From: an uncultured Aliarcobacter sp. | GTDB taxonomy: Bacteria > Campylobacterota > Campylobacteria > Campylobacterales > Arcobacteraceae | NCBI GenBank assembly: GCA_963664305.2 | Contig: CAXXLV010000001.1 | Location: forward strand, 704,001-768,000 | DNA length: 64,000 nt | Reading direction: 5' to 3' | Shown: positions 10,759-23,911 of the stretch, one piece after another | Position numbering within the stretch: the first letter of the stretch is position 1 | How the letters are laid out: the number at the start of each line of letters is the position of its first letter | Made by a program: the position numbers and the translations under genes | Notes under the pieces: model-generated | The model's input: only the letters and a program-made list of their open reading frames with translations | Database searches by the model: none | What the model was told of the DNA's origin: nothing

Positions 10759-11357
10759 TTACAAAAGTTTAAAAGTTTTTAAAACAGTTCTTGTTCCACC
10801 AGTTGCAATTGATTGTTCTGCTCTAAAAGTTAAATCTGACATCTCTTTTAACATATCAAAAAGCTCATCATAACTATATTTTGGAAAATCACTTTGCATC
10901 GCTAATTTATTATAATCAGTGTCAGTAATTCCTTTTTTTGTCCAGTTCTTTAAAGATTGATGAGAGATAGAGAATGCAAAATTTTCCAACCTATTATCAC
11001 TTTCAACTGCATCTAAAATTACACCTTTTAAACGTTTTTTATTTAAATTTCAATAAATTCATCATTTAAATCTTTTGAATCAATAACCAAAGAAAATCCA
11101 GAAACTTCATCTATTTGTTGAGTATCATTTATTCTTATTGCCACACAGTTTTTATCAATATCATCTAAAAATTGCAATGGTAAAGTATATTTAAATCTTT
11201 GATATTTTGATGTGATTTCCAGAGTTTTTATAACCTCTTCTTTACATCTTGGATTTATTATAAAGTATTCAACTCTTGTATCTTCTATAAAATCATCTAA
11301 CTCATTTAAAAAGTTTTCATCTATTCCAGCTAGATTTATATTCATATCTAAAATCAT
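10759..11357 (-). pseudogene. Hypothetical protein (weak TatD-like N-terminus) split by a one-base deletion at ~11045-11047
   Basis: Adding one T to GAA ATT TAA restores ...EILNKKRLKGVILDAVESDNRLENFAF..., joining ORFs 11043-11357 and 10759-10989. Confidence 0.7.
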
Positions 11358-11465
11358 GTTTTCCCTTGATTATTTTTACCAAGGTAAAGCATTTTTTATT
11401 CCATTTTATCAATAAACTAGATAGTTTTTTCAACTATTTATAAACTAGCTACAATTTAACTCACT

Positions 11466-13043
11466 TTAAAACTTATCTTTAAAAGTCTCTCTAATTTTTA
11501 AAAATTCATCTAAATGCTCAAAGAAAATATCAACAAGTTTTGGGTCAAAATGTTTTCCTCTTTCTTCTTTGAAAAGATTAAAGATTTTTTCATCATCCCA
11601 AGCTTGTTTATAAACTCTATCACTTCCTAAAGCATCAAAAACATCAGCAAGCGCCGTTATTCTTCCATAAATATGAATATTTTCACCACTTAATCCTCTT
11701 GGATATCCTGTTCCATCCCATTTTTCATGGTGTTCATTTGCTACAATTGCAGCTGTTTTTAAAAGAGGTCTATTTGAATGTTTTAGCATTTCATAACCTA
11801 ATACTGCATGTGTATTCATAATTTCTCTTTCACTCTCATCAAAACGACCAGGTTTATTTAATACTGCATCAGGAATTGCAACTTTTCCTATATCATGCAT
11901 TGGACTAGCTTGTTTTAACATCTCTGCTTCTTTTTCATTTAAACCATAATAAAAAGCCAAAAGTTTTGAGTATTCAGCAACTCTTTTTACATGATTTCCT
12001 GTCTCTTTACTTCTACTTTCTCCAATAGCACCCATAGTAAAAACTACTTCTTTTTGAGTTTTTTCTATTTCATGATTTAGATTTTTTATCTCTTCTAAAC
12101 CCTCTTGTACTTTTGTTTCAATTTCATCAACAGATAAACCTACATTTTTGTAAACTTTATAACCTAATACTATTATAAAAATGATTATTACAATAAGCAA
12201 AAGTAAAATCGTAAAATATGTATGATTTATGAAATTTGCAGATAGTTCTACTATTTTCTTTTCTATTTCAGAACTATAAATTTTATTTTGATTAATTACG
12301 TTATAAATTTTATTTCGTAAACTATTCTCTTTATCTTCTATATCTTTTAAAGAAACAACATAATTGCCTACTTTAGTAACTATTTGTTTATACTCTTCTA
12401 CTTCTTGATTATTATATTTTTCTTTAAATAACTCAATTTTATTAAGCCATTTATCTAAAGTAATTTGATTTTTATATTGATAAAGTGTCTCTTTACTATA
12501 ATATTTTATTTCACTAAATAATCTATATAATTCAAAATCTTTTAATTCTTGAATTTTTAAATCTAAACTTTTTCTACTATCATTTTCTATTGGATAATCT
12601 CTATCAAATAAATTTTTTAAATTAAGCTTTTCTTTTTCTAATTCATAGATAGTATCAAATGCCTCTTCTATTTGTTTTTCACTATCATAAAGTAAATGTA
12701 ATTTTGAAGAAATAACACTATCTTTATGAATATCTGAAATAAAGAAATCAACAAAATCATTTTCATCTCTTAAACTAAAAGTTTTTTCAATAGCTTCAAA
12801 CTCAAGTTCATATTTTATAAAATCAGCTTTTTTAGATTCTAATTCATTAAGTGAATTTACTAAAGTGGTATCCTTTAATAATTCATTCATTTTTTCTTGC
12901 ATTGATACTAAATCACTAATAAGCTGTTTAGTAATATTATTTTCTCTGATTTGATAAATAATTGTTGTATTTATCATACCAATAAGTAAAACAATAAATG
13001 AGATTATTATAAAACTAATTTTTACAATTTTTTTAATATTCAT
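11466..13043 (-). CDS. Membrane-anchored HD-GYP cyclic-dinucleotide phosphodiesterase
   Basis: Two TM segments flanking a periplasmic domain; ETGNHVKRV, HDIGK, HHEKWDGTGYP, DVFDAL. Confidence 0.9.
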   Translation of the reverse strand: MNIKKIVKISFIIISFIVLLIGMINTTIIYQIRENNITKQLISDLVSMQEKMNELLKDTTLVNSLNELESKKADFIKYELEFEAIEKTFSLRDENDFVDFFISDIHKDSVISSKLHLLYDSEKQIEEAFDTIYELEKEKLNLKNLFDRDYPIENDSRKSLDLKIQELKDFELYRLFSEIKYYSKETLYQYKNQITLDKWLNKIELFKEKYNNQEVEEYKQIVTKVGNYVVSLKDIEDKENSLRNKIYNVINQNKIYSSEIEKKIVELSANFINHTYFTILLLLIVIIIFIIVLGYKVYKNVGLSVDEIETKVQEGLEEIKNLNHEIEKTQKEVVFTMGAIGESRSKETGNHVKRVAEYSKLLAFYYGLNEKEAEMLKQASPMHDIGKVAIPDAVLNKPGRFDESEREIMNTHAVLGYEMLKHSNRPLLKTAAIVANEHHEKWDGTGYPRGLSGENIHIYGRITALADVFDALGSDRVYKQAWDDEKIFNLFKEERGKHFDPKLVDIFFEHLDEFLKIRETFKDKF

Positions 13044-13172
13044 TTTTCACACCAATCAAGAATTTAAATTCATAAAATAATAATATCTAAAAAAAACCCT
13101 TTAAAATCTTCTAGTCAATAAATTCAAATAGTTTTTTGTATAATTCTTTCCAATTATAAACAAAGGTATAAA

Positions 13173-14012
13173 ATGATTCAACTAATAAATAAAAAAGAAA
13201 ATATTTTTGAGGATAATATCGCATTTGTAGAAAACTGGGATTTCTCAAAAGCAAATCTAAATGAAGAAAATAGAATCTTAGCTATTACTCAAGTTGCTTC
13301 AATTTGTTACCAATCTCCTAAAGCTTTAGGTAGTGAATCTTTATACAATAGACTTATGGCAGAATCTCAAGGACTACCTAGTTCATCTTTTGAATTCGTT
13401 CCAGTATTACTTGACCCAACAAATGAAAAACATAAAGAGATTTTAGCACCAGATTATTCAAACACTAAAAAATTTGGTGAATTAATTTGTGATGGAAAAT
13501 ATCTTCTTACAAATTATAGAGCTTTAGTTTATGATTTTGAAAATAATCCAAAAGCATATAGTTTTGATATTAGAACCACTTATAACACACCTGAAGAGTG
13601 TAAAATTATCAAAGAACATTTCAAAGTATTTTTATTTAAAGTTGATTTCCCAACAAGAAGCCAAATGGTAAGACATAGGGTAAATTGGCAAGAATTAAGT
13701 AGAAGATATGTAAGTGGGAAAAGAGTTCCTTTTGAATTTTATATATCAGAAAAAATGAAAGATGTAGCAAGTGAAGGTGGAACAACAGAACAGATTTTAG
13801 ATATCTGTTTAGAACACTATTATAAAGCTTTAGAAGATGGTGTAAAACCACAAGAAGCAAGAAGAATAATTCCACAAGCTGGTTATTCTCAAATTTGGGG
13901 AGGTTTCCAACCAACTCAACTTGAAAACTATTTCAAATTAAGACTTGATTCTCATGCTCAATGGGAAATTAGAAAAACAGCAGAGGCAATGAAAGAACTA
14001 TTAGGAGAGTAA
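13173..14012 (+). CDS. thyX: FAD-dependent thymidylate synthase
   Basis: QMVRHR...QELSRRY, EARRIIP, LRLDSHAQWEIR. Confidence 0.9.
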   Translation: MIQLINKKENIFEDNIAFVENWDFSKANLNEENRILAITQVASICYQSPKALGSESLYNRLMAESQGLPSSSFEFVPVLLDPTNEKHKEILAPDYSNTKKFGELICDGKYLLTNYRALVYDFENNPKAYSFDIRTTYNTPEECKIIKEHFKVFLFKVDFPTRSQMVRHRVNWQELSRRYVSGKRVPFEFYISEKMKDVASEGGTTEQILDICLEHYYKALEDGVKPQEARRIIPQAGYSQIWGGFQPTQLENYFKLRLDSHAQWEIRKTAEAMKELLGE

Positions 14013-14929
14013 TGAATTATCAAGCAATTTTAGAAGAAATAGAAAGAGAAATCTTACCTCTTTTTGGTGAAGGTAAAGTTGCTGATTATATCCCAGCTCT
14101 TGCTAATGTAAATCCTAATCAATTTTCAATCTCACTCCAAATGTTTGACGGAACATCATTTGGAGTTGGAGAAGTAAATAAAAAATTTTCTATCCAAAGT
14201 ATCTCAAAAGTTTTCACATTTACACTAGCTTTAAACTATTATGGAAAAGAGTTATATAAAAGAGTTGGTCACGAACCTTCTGGAAATCCATTTAACTCTT
14301 TAGTTCAACTTGAATATGAAAATGGAATACCTAGAAATCCATTTATAAATGCAGGTGCAATAGTTACAGCTGATAGTTTAGTTTCTATTTATAAAGATGA
14401 TACATTCAATCAAATTTTAGAATTTATAAGAACTGTTGCAAATGATGACACAATAAATTTTGATGAAGAGATTTTTCACTCTGAATTAGAGCATGGATTT
14501 AGAAATTATGCACTTATAAATATGATAAAAAGTTTTGGAAATATTCATAATAAAATAGATGATGTAATTGAAACTTATTTTAAACAATGCTCTATTATGA
14601 TGAGTCCAGCCCAACTTGCAAAGTCTATGCTTTTTTTAGCAAATCATGGAGAAAATCCTCTTACAAATGAAACGATATTAACTGAATCAAAAGCAAAAAG
14701 AATAAACTCTTTAATGCTTACTTGTGGTCACTATGATGCAAGTGGTGATTTCGCATATAAAGTTGGACTTCCTGGAAAAAGTGGAGTTGGTGGAGGAATT
14801 GTTGCCATTGTTCCTAAAAAAATGGCAATTTGTGTTTACTCTCCAAGATTAAACACTCAAGGAAACTCACTTATTGGAACAAAAGCTTTAGAATTATTTA
14901 CTACAAAAACTGGTCTTTCAATCTTTTAA
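14012..14929 (+). CDS. glsA: Glutaminase
   Basis: GKVADYIPAL, SIQSISK, EPSGNPFNS, NPFINAGA, PGKSGVGGG. Confidence 0.95.
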   Translation: MNYQAILEEIEREILPLFGEGKVADYIPALANVNPNQFSISLQMFDGTSFGVGEVNKKFSIQSISKVFTFTLALNYYGKELYKRVGHEPSGNPFNSLVQLEYENGIPRNPFINAGAIVTADSLVSIYKDDTFNQILEFIRTVANDDTINFDEEIFHSELEHGFRNYALINMIKSFGNIHNKIDDVIETYFKQCSIMMSPAQLAKSMLFLANHGENPLTNETILTESKAKRINSLMLTCGHYDASGDFAYKVGLPGKSGVGGGIVAIVPKKMAICVYSPRLNTQGNSLIGTKALELFTTKTGLSIF

Positions 14930-14982
14930 CTCAAATAGAGTATAATCGCAAAATTTATATCAATTTTTGGAGAATTTAATTT

Positions 14983-15591
14983 ATGAGTGCATTGGAAATA
15001 GCTGATATTATAGGAATTATTTGTTTTGCACTGAGTGGTTTTTTAATTGCTGTTCACTACAAACTTGATATTTTAGGTGTCTTTATCTCTTCTTTTTTAA
15101 CTGCTCTTGGTGGTGGAATGATTAGAGATGTACTTGCTGATAGAACCCCTTATGTTTTTACTACAAATTTACCTGTTATTTTAGTTGTTTTTACTGTTTT
15201 AATTGCTTTACTTTTTAAACTTCATAAGATTGATGATTTAGAAGGAAAAACTGCTTTTATAATCTCTGATGCCATAGGTTTAGTCTCTTTTTCAATTACA
15301 GGTTCAATTGTTGCAATTCAAAATGAATTCAATTTTTTGGGTGTATTAATCCTTGCATTTTTAACAGCAGTTGGTGGAGGAACAATAAGAGATATTTTAA
15401 TAAATAGAGTTCCTTCTATTTTAGTTTCAGAATTTTATGCAACAGTTGCATTAATCATTGCTTCTATTATGTTTATTTTAGAGGTACTTGAGTTAAGAAA
15501 TTTAGGAACTATAACTATTGTTTTTATTTTTGGAGTTGCACTTAGATTGTTAGCATATTATAGAAAATGGCATTTACCAAAACTCTCTTAA
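14983..15591 (+). CDS. TRIC/UPF0126 (YadS-like) membrane protein
   Basis: Duplicated TA.GGG.IRD.L motifs. Confidence 0.88.
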   Translation: MSALEIADIIGIICFALSGFLIAVHYKLDILGVFISSFLTALGGGMIRDVLADRTPYVFTTNLPVILVVFTVLIALLFKLHKIDDLEGKTAFIISDAIGLVSFSITGSIVAIQNEFNFLGVLILAFLTAVGGGTIRDILINRVPSILVSEFYATVALIIASIMFILEVLELRNLGTITIVFIFGVALRLLAYYRKWHLPKLS

Positions 15592-15648
15592 CTTTTTGTT
15601 TACTTTTTATAGATAAAATCTCAACATTTTAAATACCAAAGGAAAAAT

Positions 15649-16104
15649 ATGATAAAAAAATTATTACTTACAGTTTTTTTAGGATTGAGTGCATTTGCTA
15701 ACTCTTTAACAGTTGGAAATAATCTTCCAGTACTTACAGTAAAAGATCAATTTGAAAAAGAGCACATTATTGATTCAACTGTAAAAACAATTATTTTCTC
15801 AGCTTCAAAAGCAGAAAGTACAACTATAAAAGAGTTTTTAAATACTAAAGAAAAAGATTTTTTAGAAACTAATCACATTTCATATGTTGCAGATATTACT
15901 GGAATGCCAAGTCTGATTTCTAAATTTATTGCTTTACCAAAAATGAGAGATTATACTTTCCCAATTTTATTAATTGATGAAGATAATAAAGCTTTATTCC
16001 CTGTTGAAGAAGATAAAATTACAATTATTACTTTAGATAACTCTAAAATAACTGATGTAAAATATATCAAAACAGCTGAAGATTTAGCTGCTACTTTTAA
16101 ATAA
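15649..16104 (+). CDS. Secreted hypothetical protein (possible thioredoxin-like fold)
   Basis: Signal peptide, KDQF, YVADITGMP..ISKFIALPKMRDY. Confidence 0.6.
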   Translation: MIKKLLLTVFLGLSAFANSLTVGNNLPVLTVKDQFEKEHIIDSTVKTIIFSASKAESTTIKEFLNTKEKDFLETNHISYVADITGMPSLISKFIALPKMRDYTFPILLIDEDNKALFPVEEDKITIITLDNSKITDVKYIKTAEDLAATFK

Positions 16105-16119
16105 AAAAACTATTAGCTT

Positions 16120-16698
16120 TTAAGCTAATAGTTTTTTAAATGCTTCTATAATTGCCTCTTTTTCAAGTTCTTTAATTTTATTTTCTAAACTATCCACCGT
16201 TTCATTTTCATCTAAATCTAACTCTTTTACAAGAATTTTTTCACCTTCATCATAAACTTCATTTACAAAATGAATAGTTACACCAGATTTTTTCTCTTTG
16301 TTTTTTATAACTGCTTCATGAACAAATCTTCCATACATCCCTTTTCCACCATAAATTGATGGAAGAATAGCTGGATGAGTATTGATTATTTTATTAGGAT
16401 ATGCATTTAAAAGTTTTGATTCAATTTTTTTCATATACCCTGATAAAAATATATAATCACATCCAAATTCTAAAAGTAATCTTGTAATTTTATCATCAAT
16501 ATCTTGCCCTGGATATCTTTTATCATTTATAATAAAATATGGGATATTGTAAGATTCTGCTTTTTCTAAAATTCCAGCGTTTGTATTATTTGTGATAACA
16601 ACAACTACTTTTGCATTTAATATTTTATTTTCTATAGCTTTTTGAATAGTTTCAAATCCACTTCCATTATATGAAGCTAATATTCCTATTTTTATCAT
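16120..16698 (-). CDS. purN: Phosphoribosylglycinamide formyltransferase
   Basis: LSGYMK, INTHPAILP, SGVTIHFV..YDEG. Confidence 0.92.
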   Translation of the reverse strand: MIKIGILASYNGSGFETIQKAIENKILNAKVVVVITNNTNAGILEKAESYNIPYFIINDKRYPGQDIDDKITRLLLEFGCDYIFLSGYMKKIESKLLNAYPNKIINTHPAILPSIYGGKGMYGRFVHEAVIKNKEKKSGVTIHFVNEVYDEGEKILVKELDLDENETVDSLENKIKELEKEAIIEAFKKLLA

Positions 16699-16746
16699 TA
16701 AATTTTTCCTAAATTTTTTAAAGTTTGGATTATAACTAAAATTAGT

Positions 16747-17211
16747 TTACAATCTTTGGGCATGTGTTAAAGCTATTGCAATTGCATCAGTAATATCAAG
16801 TGGTTTAATCTCTTTTTTAACGCCTAAAAGTCTCTTTACCATAAAAGCAACTTGTTCCTTTGTAGCTTTACCATTTCCTGTAACTGCTTGTTTTACTTGT
16901 AAAGGTGTATATTCAGAAAAATTACCAAACTCTTGTAAAATTTTTAAACTAATTGCTCCTCTAAATTGAGCAAGCTTAATAACTGTTTTTGGATTAAATG
17001 CATAAAACATATCTTCAATTGAGACTTCATCAACTTTATGCTTTTTAAATAGTAAATCAAAGCCTTCTGTCATCTCTACTATTTGCTCTTGTAAAATTTT
17101 TGTTTTAATTTTTATTAACCCTGCTTCTATAAGTTTAATTTCTCTTCCATTTTTTTCAATAATTGCATATCCACAGTTTCTAGTTCCTGGGTCAATTCCT
17201 AATATTTTCAA
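16747..17211 (-). CDS. ruvC: Holliday junction resolvase
   Basis: [35 protein letters not shown]. Confidence 0.96.
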   Translation of the reverse strand: MKILGIDPGTRNCGYAIIEKNGREIKLIEAGLIKIKTKILQEQIVEMTEGFDLLFKKHKVDEVSIEDMFYAFNPKTVIKLAQFRGAISLKILQEFGNFSEYTPLQVKQAVTGNGKATKEQVAFMVKRLLGVKKEIKPLDITDAIAIALTHAQRL

Positions 17212-17360
17212 CTTTTCACTCTTTTTGTTTATTTTTTATTCACATTAGTAAAAGTTCGATATAATCGTATTTTCATAGTATAATTTTATTTAAAAGAAAA
17301 AATTTATTCACTACTTATTCACTATGTGTATAACTTTAAATTTTTCACATTTATGAGCAC
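17212..17360. other. oriC1: DnaA-box cluster upstream of dnaA
   Basis: TTATTCACA 17236-17244, TTATTCACT 17304 and 17315, TGTGTATAA (reverse complement TTATACACA) 17325-17333; matches the bipartite Campylobacterota origin layout. Confidence 0.75.
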
Positions 17361-17438
17361 ATTAGTTCTATTTGAAGCTCTTTTATAAAAAATTTAGATA
17401 TAATATCTAGTAATTACAATTAAAGAGTTTATAAATAG

Positions 17439-18755
17439 ATGACAAGCAAAGATTTTTTAACAATTATTCAAAAAGAAGCAAACAAAGTAGACTATGAAAG
17501 ATACCTAAAACAATTGGTATATAAAAAAGTTTCTTCTGATGAAAAAATTGCCATTTTTGAAGTAAATAACAAGTATATTGCCTCTTGGATAAAGAGTAAA
17601 TTTACTGGATTAATTCAACATTGTTTTGAAATTTATGACGGCTCAAAACCATCTATTGAAATAAAACTTGCTGGCGAAAAAAAATCTAAAAAAGAGATTA
17701 TTTCAGAAAAAGTAAAAAATGAAACTGCCGAAAGTACAATACTTAATCCATCTTACACATTCGATTCATTCGTAGTTGGACCATCAAATCAAATGGCATA
17801 TAATGCCTCTTTAGCAGTAGCAAATAAACCAGGAACACAATACAATCCACTTTTTATTTATGGTGGAACGGGTCTTGGAAAAACTCACCTTTTACAAGCA
17901 GTTGGAAATCATGCAATTGAAAAAGGAAGTACAGTTATTTATGTAACAATTGAACAATTTATGAATGATTTTACTTTCTCAATAAAAAATAAAAATATGG
18001 AACATTTTAGAAATAAATATAGAAAATGTGATGTACTTTTAATCGATGATATTCAATTTTTATCTGGAAAAGAACAAACTCAAGAAGAATTCTTTCACAC
18101 ATTTAATGAACTTCACAATGCAAAAAAACAAATTGTGATGACAAGTGATAGACTTCCTTCACAAATTGCAGGACTTGTTGATAGATTAAAATCAAGATTT
18201 GAATGGGGATTAACAGCAGATGTTCAAATTCCTGGACTTGAAACAAAAATTGCAATTATTGAAAAAAAATCAGACTTAAATGGAATTCATTTAACTAGAG
18301 AAATTATCAATTTTATTGCAACAACATTAGATAATTCAATTAGAGAAATAGAAGGTGTATTAATCAGAATTAATGCTAGTGCTTCTTTATTGAACCAAGA
18401 AATCACTCTTCCAATGGTTCAAAGTTTATTAAAAGAACAAATTAAAGAGACAAAAGAGAATATCAAACTTCCTGATGTTATTAATATTGTTGCAAATCAA
18501 TTAAATATCAAACCAAGTGATATCAAATCTAAAAAAAGAACAGCAACAGTAGCAAATGCAAGAAGAATAGTAATTTATCTAGCACGTGAGTTAACACATA
18601 ACTCTATGCCTGATATTGCAAAGTTTTTAGGTATGAAAGATCACAGTGCAATTTCGCACAATATTAAAAAAGCAAATGAGTTAATTGAAAAAGATGAAAA
18701 CTTTAAATTAATCATTGAAAATTTAAAAAATAAAATCATAAATAAGGAGTGGTAA
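17439..18755 (+). CDS. dnaA: Chromosomal replication initiator
   Basis: YNPLFIYGGTGLGKTHLL, DDIQF, QEEFFHTFN, RLKSRF, DHSAI. Confidence 0.98.
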   Translation: MTSKDFLTIIQKEANKVDYERYLKQLVYKKVSSDEKIAIFEVNNKYIASWIKSKFTGLIQHCFEIYDGSKPSIEIKLAGEKKSKKEIISEKVKNETAESTILNPSYTFDSFVVGPSNQMAYNASLAVANKPGTQYNPLFIYGGTGLGKTHLLQAVGNHAIEKGSTVIYVTIEQFMNDFTFSIKNKNMEHFRNKYRKCDVLLIDDIQFLSGKEQTQEEFFHTFNELHNAKKQIVMTSDRLPSQIAGLVDRLKSRFEWGLTADVQIPGLETKIAIIEKKSDLNGIHLTREIINFIATTLDNSIREIEGVLIRINASASLLNQEITLPMVQSLLKEQIKETKENIKLPDVINIVANQLNIKPSDIKSKKRTATVANARRIVIYLARELTHNSMPDIAKFLGMKDHSAISHNIKKANELIEKDENFKLIIENLKNKIINKEW

Positions 18756-18910
18756 AAGCTTTAAAATAAAAAAGTTTTAAAGACTTATGTGAAAAGATGT
18801 GAATATATAGTTTTTTTTAATCACTTGTAAAAGTCCTATTTTACAGTGCTTAGAAAAGTATTTTCATCTTTTCACATAGACTACTAATTCCACTAATTAA
18901 ATAAAAAAAT
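18756..18910. other. oriC2 with probable DNA-unwinding element
   Basis: DnaA-box-like TGTGAAAAG 18788, TGTGAATAT 18798 and CTTTTCACA 18868, followed by a trio-like CTACTAATTCCACTAA run and an AT-rich stretch. Confidence 0.75.
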
Positions 18911-18923
18911 ATAGGAGAGAAAA

Positions 18924-19994
18924 ATGAGGTTTGTAATCACAAAAAATGTTCTTGAAAATGTTATAGCTTCTATGCAGCCTTTTTTAGAAAAAAAAGATTC
19001 TAGTTCAATAACATCACATATTTATTTAGAAATTAATAATTCTAAATTAATTATCAAAGCAACTGATTATGAAATTGGTTTAGAATCACTTATTGATAAT
19101 ATCACTGATCCACTTGATGGAAAAACTACAGTAAATGGTTCTAACTTATTAGGTATTATTAAAAGATTAAAAAATGAAGATATTATTTTAGAAGCTACAA
19201 ATAACAATTTAGTAATTAAACAAAATAAATCAACTTTTAAATTACCAACTTATGATGCAAATGAATTTCCATCTCTTAATAAATCGGAAAATCTAAAAGA
19301 ATTATCAATGTCAACAATTAATTTTATTAATTCTATTAGAAAAATTACACCAGCAATTGATACAAATAATCCTAAATTTGAATTAAATGGTGCTTTACTT
19401 GATATAAAAAGTCAAAAAATAAATTTTGTTTCAACTGATACAAGAAGACTTGCTGTTTCATTTTTACAAAATATAAACAATGATGAAACACAATTTATTA
19501 TTCCTAAAAAAGCAATTATGGAAATTCAAAAATTATTTTTAGATGAAGCTAAAATTTCTTATGATGATACAAATTTAGTTATTTCAAATGAACATACAAA
19601 ATTCTTTACAAAATTAATTAATGGAAAATTTCCTGATTATGAAAGAATTATTCCTACAACATTAAAATATAATTTTCCATTACCAAAAAATATGTTAGTA
19701 GAATCAATCAAATTAGTAACATCACTTTTTTCAAATATTAAAATCACATTTAATTCTAAATCAATAATTTTTGAATCACTTGATGAAGATAGTGAAGCAA
19801 AAACACAAATTGATATAGATTTAAATATCGAAAAAGAATTCTATTTAGCAGTTAATGCTAAATATTTATTAGACTTTTTAAGCATGTCAAATAATGAAAA
19901 AATAAAAATTGGATTTAATGAATCTAATTTACCATTTTTATTAGAAGATGACAAATTTTTTACTATTGTAATGCCAATAGTTTTAGAAAAATAA
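18924..19994 (+). CDS. dnaN: DNA polymerase III beta clamp
   Basis: ATDYEIG, STDTRRLA, KLINGKFPDYERIIP, IVMPI; follows dnaA. Confidence 0.97.
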   Translation: MRFVITKNVLENVIASMQPFLEKKDSSSITSHIYLEINNSKLIIKATDYEIGLESLIDNITDPLDGKTTVNGSNLLGIIKRLKNEDIILEATNNNLVIKQNKSTFKLPTYDANEFPSLNKSENLKELSMSTINFINSIRKITPAIDTNNPKFELNGALLDIKSQKINFVSTDTRRLAVSFLQNINNDETQFIIPKKAIMEIQKLFLDEAKISYDDTNLVISNEHTKFFTKLINGKFPDYERIIPTTLKYNFPLPKNMLVESIKLVTSLFSNIKITFNSKSIIFESLDEDSEAKTQIDIDLNIEKEFYLAVNAKYLLDFLSMSNNEKIKIGFNESNLPFLLEDDKFFTIVMPIVLEK

Positions 19995-20006
19995 ATTAAT
20001 TAATAA

Positions 20007-22349
<2,343 letters not shown>

Positions 22350-22355
22350 TTTTTT

Positions 22356-22381
22356 AAAAGCATAGTTTTAACTATGCTTTT
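22356..22381. terminator. Bidirectional intrinsic terminator (gyrB / fqrB)
   Basis: AAAAGCATAGTT-TT-AACTATGCTTTT. Confidence 0.8.
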
Positions 22382-22382
22382 T

Positions 22383-23384
22383 TTATTTTGAAAACTTTTC
22401 TGTAAAAGAAAAAATCTCCCCTCTTTTTCTCAAAATATTGTTCACAATATGATAACCATGGTTTAAAGCAATTGCTATAGACCCACCACTTGCAAATGCA
22501 ATATCTCCAGCCACATATATATCTTTAGCAGTTGTTTCTTGATGTTCATTAAATATAGGTTTTAAATCCTCATCTACTTCAATATTACATGCTTTTAGAA
22601 AATCAATAGGTGTTGTTCCACCAATTGCATATATTATTCTGTCATAAAGAACTGTAAAACCATCTGTAAAAAGGACTTTTACTTTTCCTTCTTCATTTTC
22701 AAGTGATTCAATATCAGTATTCATTCTAAGTCTAAGTTTCTCTTCACCATTATATTTGTTTAAAAGGTCTTCATTTAGATCATTTAATCTTGTGAAAGTA
22801 GGTTTTCTATAGACTAAAGTCACATTGTTATTTTGGTCAGCTAAATGATAAGCATATTCAGCTGCACTATTTCCTCCACCAACAACCAATATTTTTTCAT
22901 TTGACGAGCATCTATCTAGGTTAAAACCAACTTGTGATTTTATAGATGGTGGAATTTTATAATCTGGTTTATTTGGTTTTCCCATTTTACCAATAGCAAC
23001 AATTGCATTTTTTGTTTGAATAATTCCTTTTGATGTATGAACTTCTAACAAATCTGTTTCTTGATTTCTTATAATCTTTTCAACTTCTGTATTAAATATG
23101 GAATCAATTTTATCATTGTCTAACAAATCATTAAAATAATCTAATGTTGTCTCTTTTGTACCATCGAAAAAATCAACATTACCTTGTAGAGTTATAACTT
23201 GACCTTTATAATCTTTATCAACTCTTTTATTGTCTTTATAAAATTTTCTTATTGTGTTTGAGTGATTTTCTGTTTTTTCAATTAATAAAATATTACCAAT
23301 TTTATGAGCAGATGCTTCAATCGCACAGCCTATTCCTCCTGGTCCTCCACCGATAATTACAATATCATAAATTTTATTTTTCAT
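22383..23384 (-). CDS. fqrB: TrxB-like NADPH:flavodoxin/quinone oxidoreductase (FqrB type)
   Basis: GGGPGG, FYKDNKRVDKDYKGQ, GGGNSAAEYA; no CxxC; resembles the Campylobacterota FqrB family. Confidence 0.75.
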   Translation of the reverse strand: MKNKIYDIVIIGGGPGGIGCAIEASAHKIGNILLIEKTENHSNTIRKFYKDNKRVDKDYKGQVITLQGNVDFFDGTKETTLDYFNDLLDNDKIDSIFNTEVEKIIRNQETDLLEVHTSKGIIQTKNAIVAIGKMGKPNKPDYKIPPSIKSQVGFNLDRCSSNEKILVVGGGNSAAEYAYHLADQNNNVTLVYRKPTFTRLNDLNEDLLNKYNGEEKLRLRMNTDIESLENEEGKVKVLFTDGFTVLYDRIIYAIGGTTPIDFLKACNIEVDEDLKPIFNEHQETTAKDIYVAGDIAFASGGSIAIALNHGYHIVNNILRKRGEIFSFTEKFSK

Positions 23385-23517
23385 ATAAATCTCTCTTATA
23401 TTATTGGGATAGTTAAAAATTATACTTTAAATAATTAATTTTTTCAATATGTAACACTTGTAAGGCAATTTTCGATAAAATGGGCAAAAATTTATATTTA
23501 TAAAGGTTATAAAAGAT

Positions 23518-23901
23518 ATGGAAATTAAATATGGTGAAAAAGAAATTTTAGAATTTGATATTAATAAAGATGAAAATTTTTGGCCAAATGAACATGAAAA
23601 AAATTATGTAATTGATATTGAACTACCAGAATTCATGGCAAAATGTCCAAGAAGTGGTTATCCAGATTTTGCTACAATCAAAATACAATATACTCCAAAT
23701 AAAAGAGTTATTGAATTAAAAGCTTTAAAAATCTATATTAACTCTTTTATGAATAGATATATTTCTCATGAAAACTCTGCAAATGAAATTTTTGATACTT
23801 TAAATAGCAAATTAGAGCCAAAATGGCTTAAAGTTATTGCAGACTTTAAACCAAGAGGTAATGTACATACAGTTATTGAAATAGATAGCTCAAAACTTTA
23901 G
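23518..23901 (+). CDS. queF: PreQ0 reductase (short form)
   Basis: PEF.AKCPRSGYPDFA, ELKALK.Y, SHE, PRGN. Confidence 0.93.
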   Translation: MEIKYGEKEILEFDINKDENFWPNEHEKNYVIDIELPEFMAKCPRSGYPDFATIKIQYTPNKRVIELKALKIYINSFMNRYISHENSANEIFDTLNSKLEPKWLKVIADFKPRGNVHTVIEIDSSKL

Positions 23902-23911
23902 GAATTTAACC

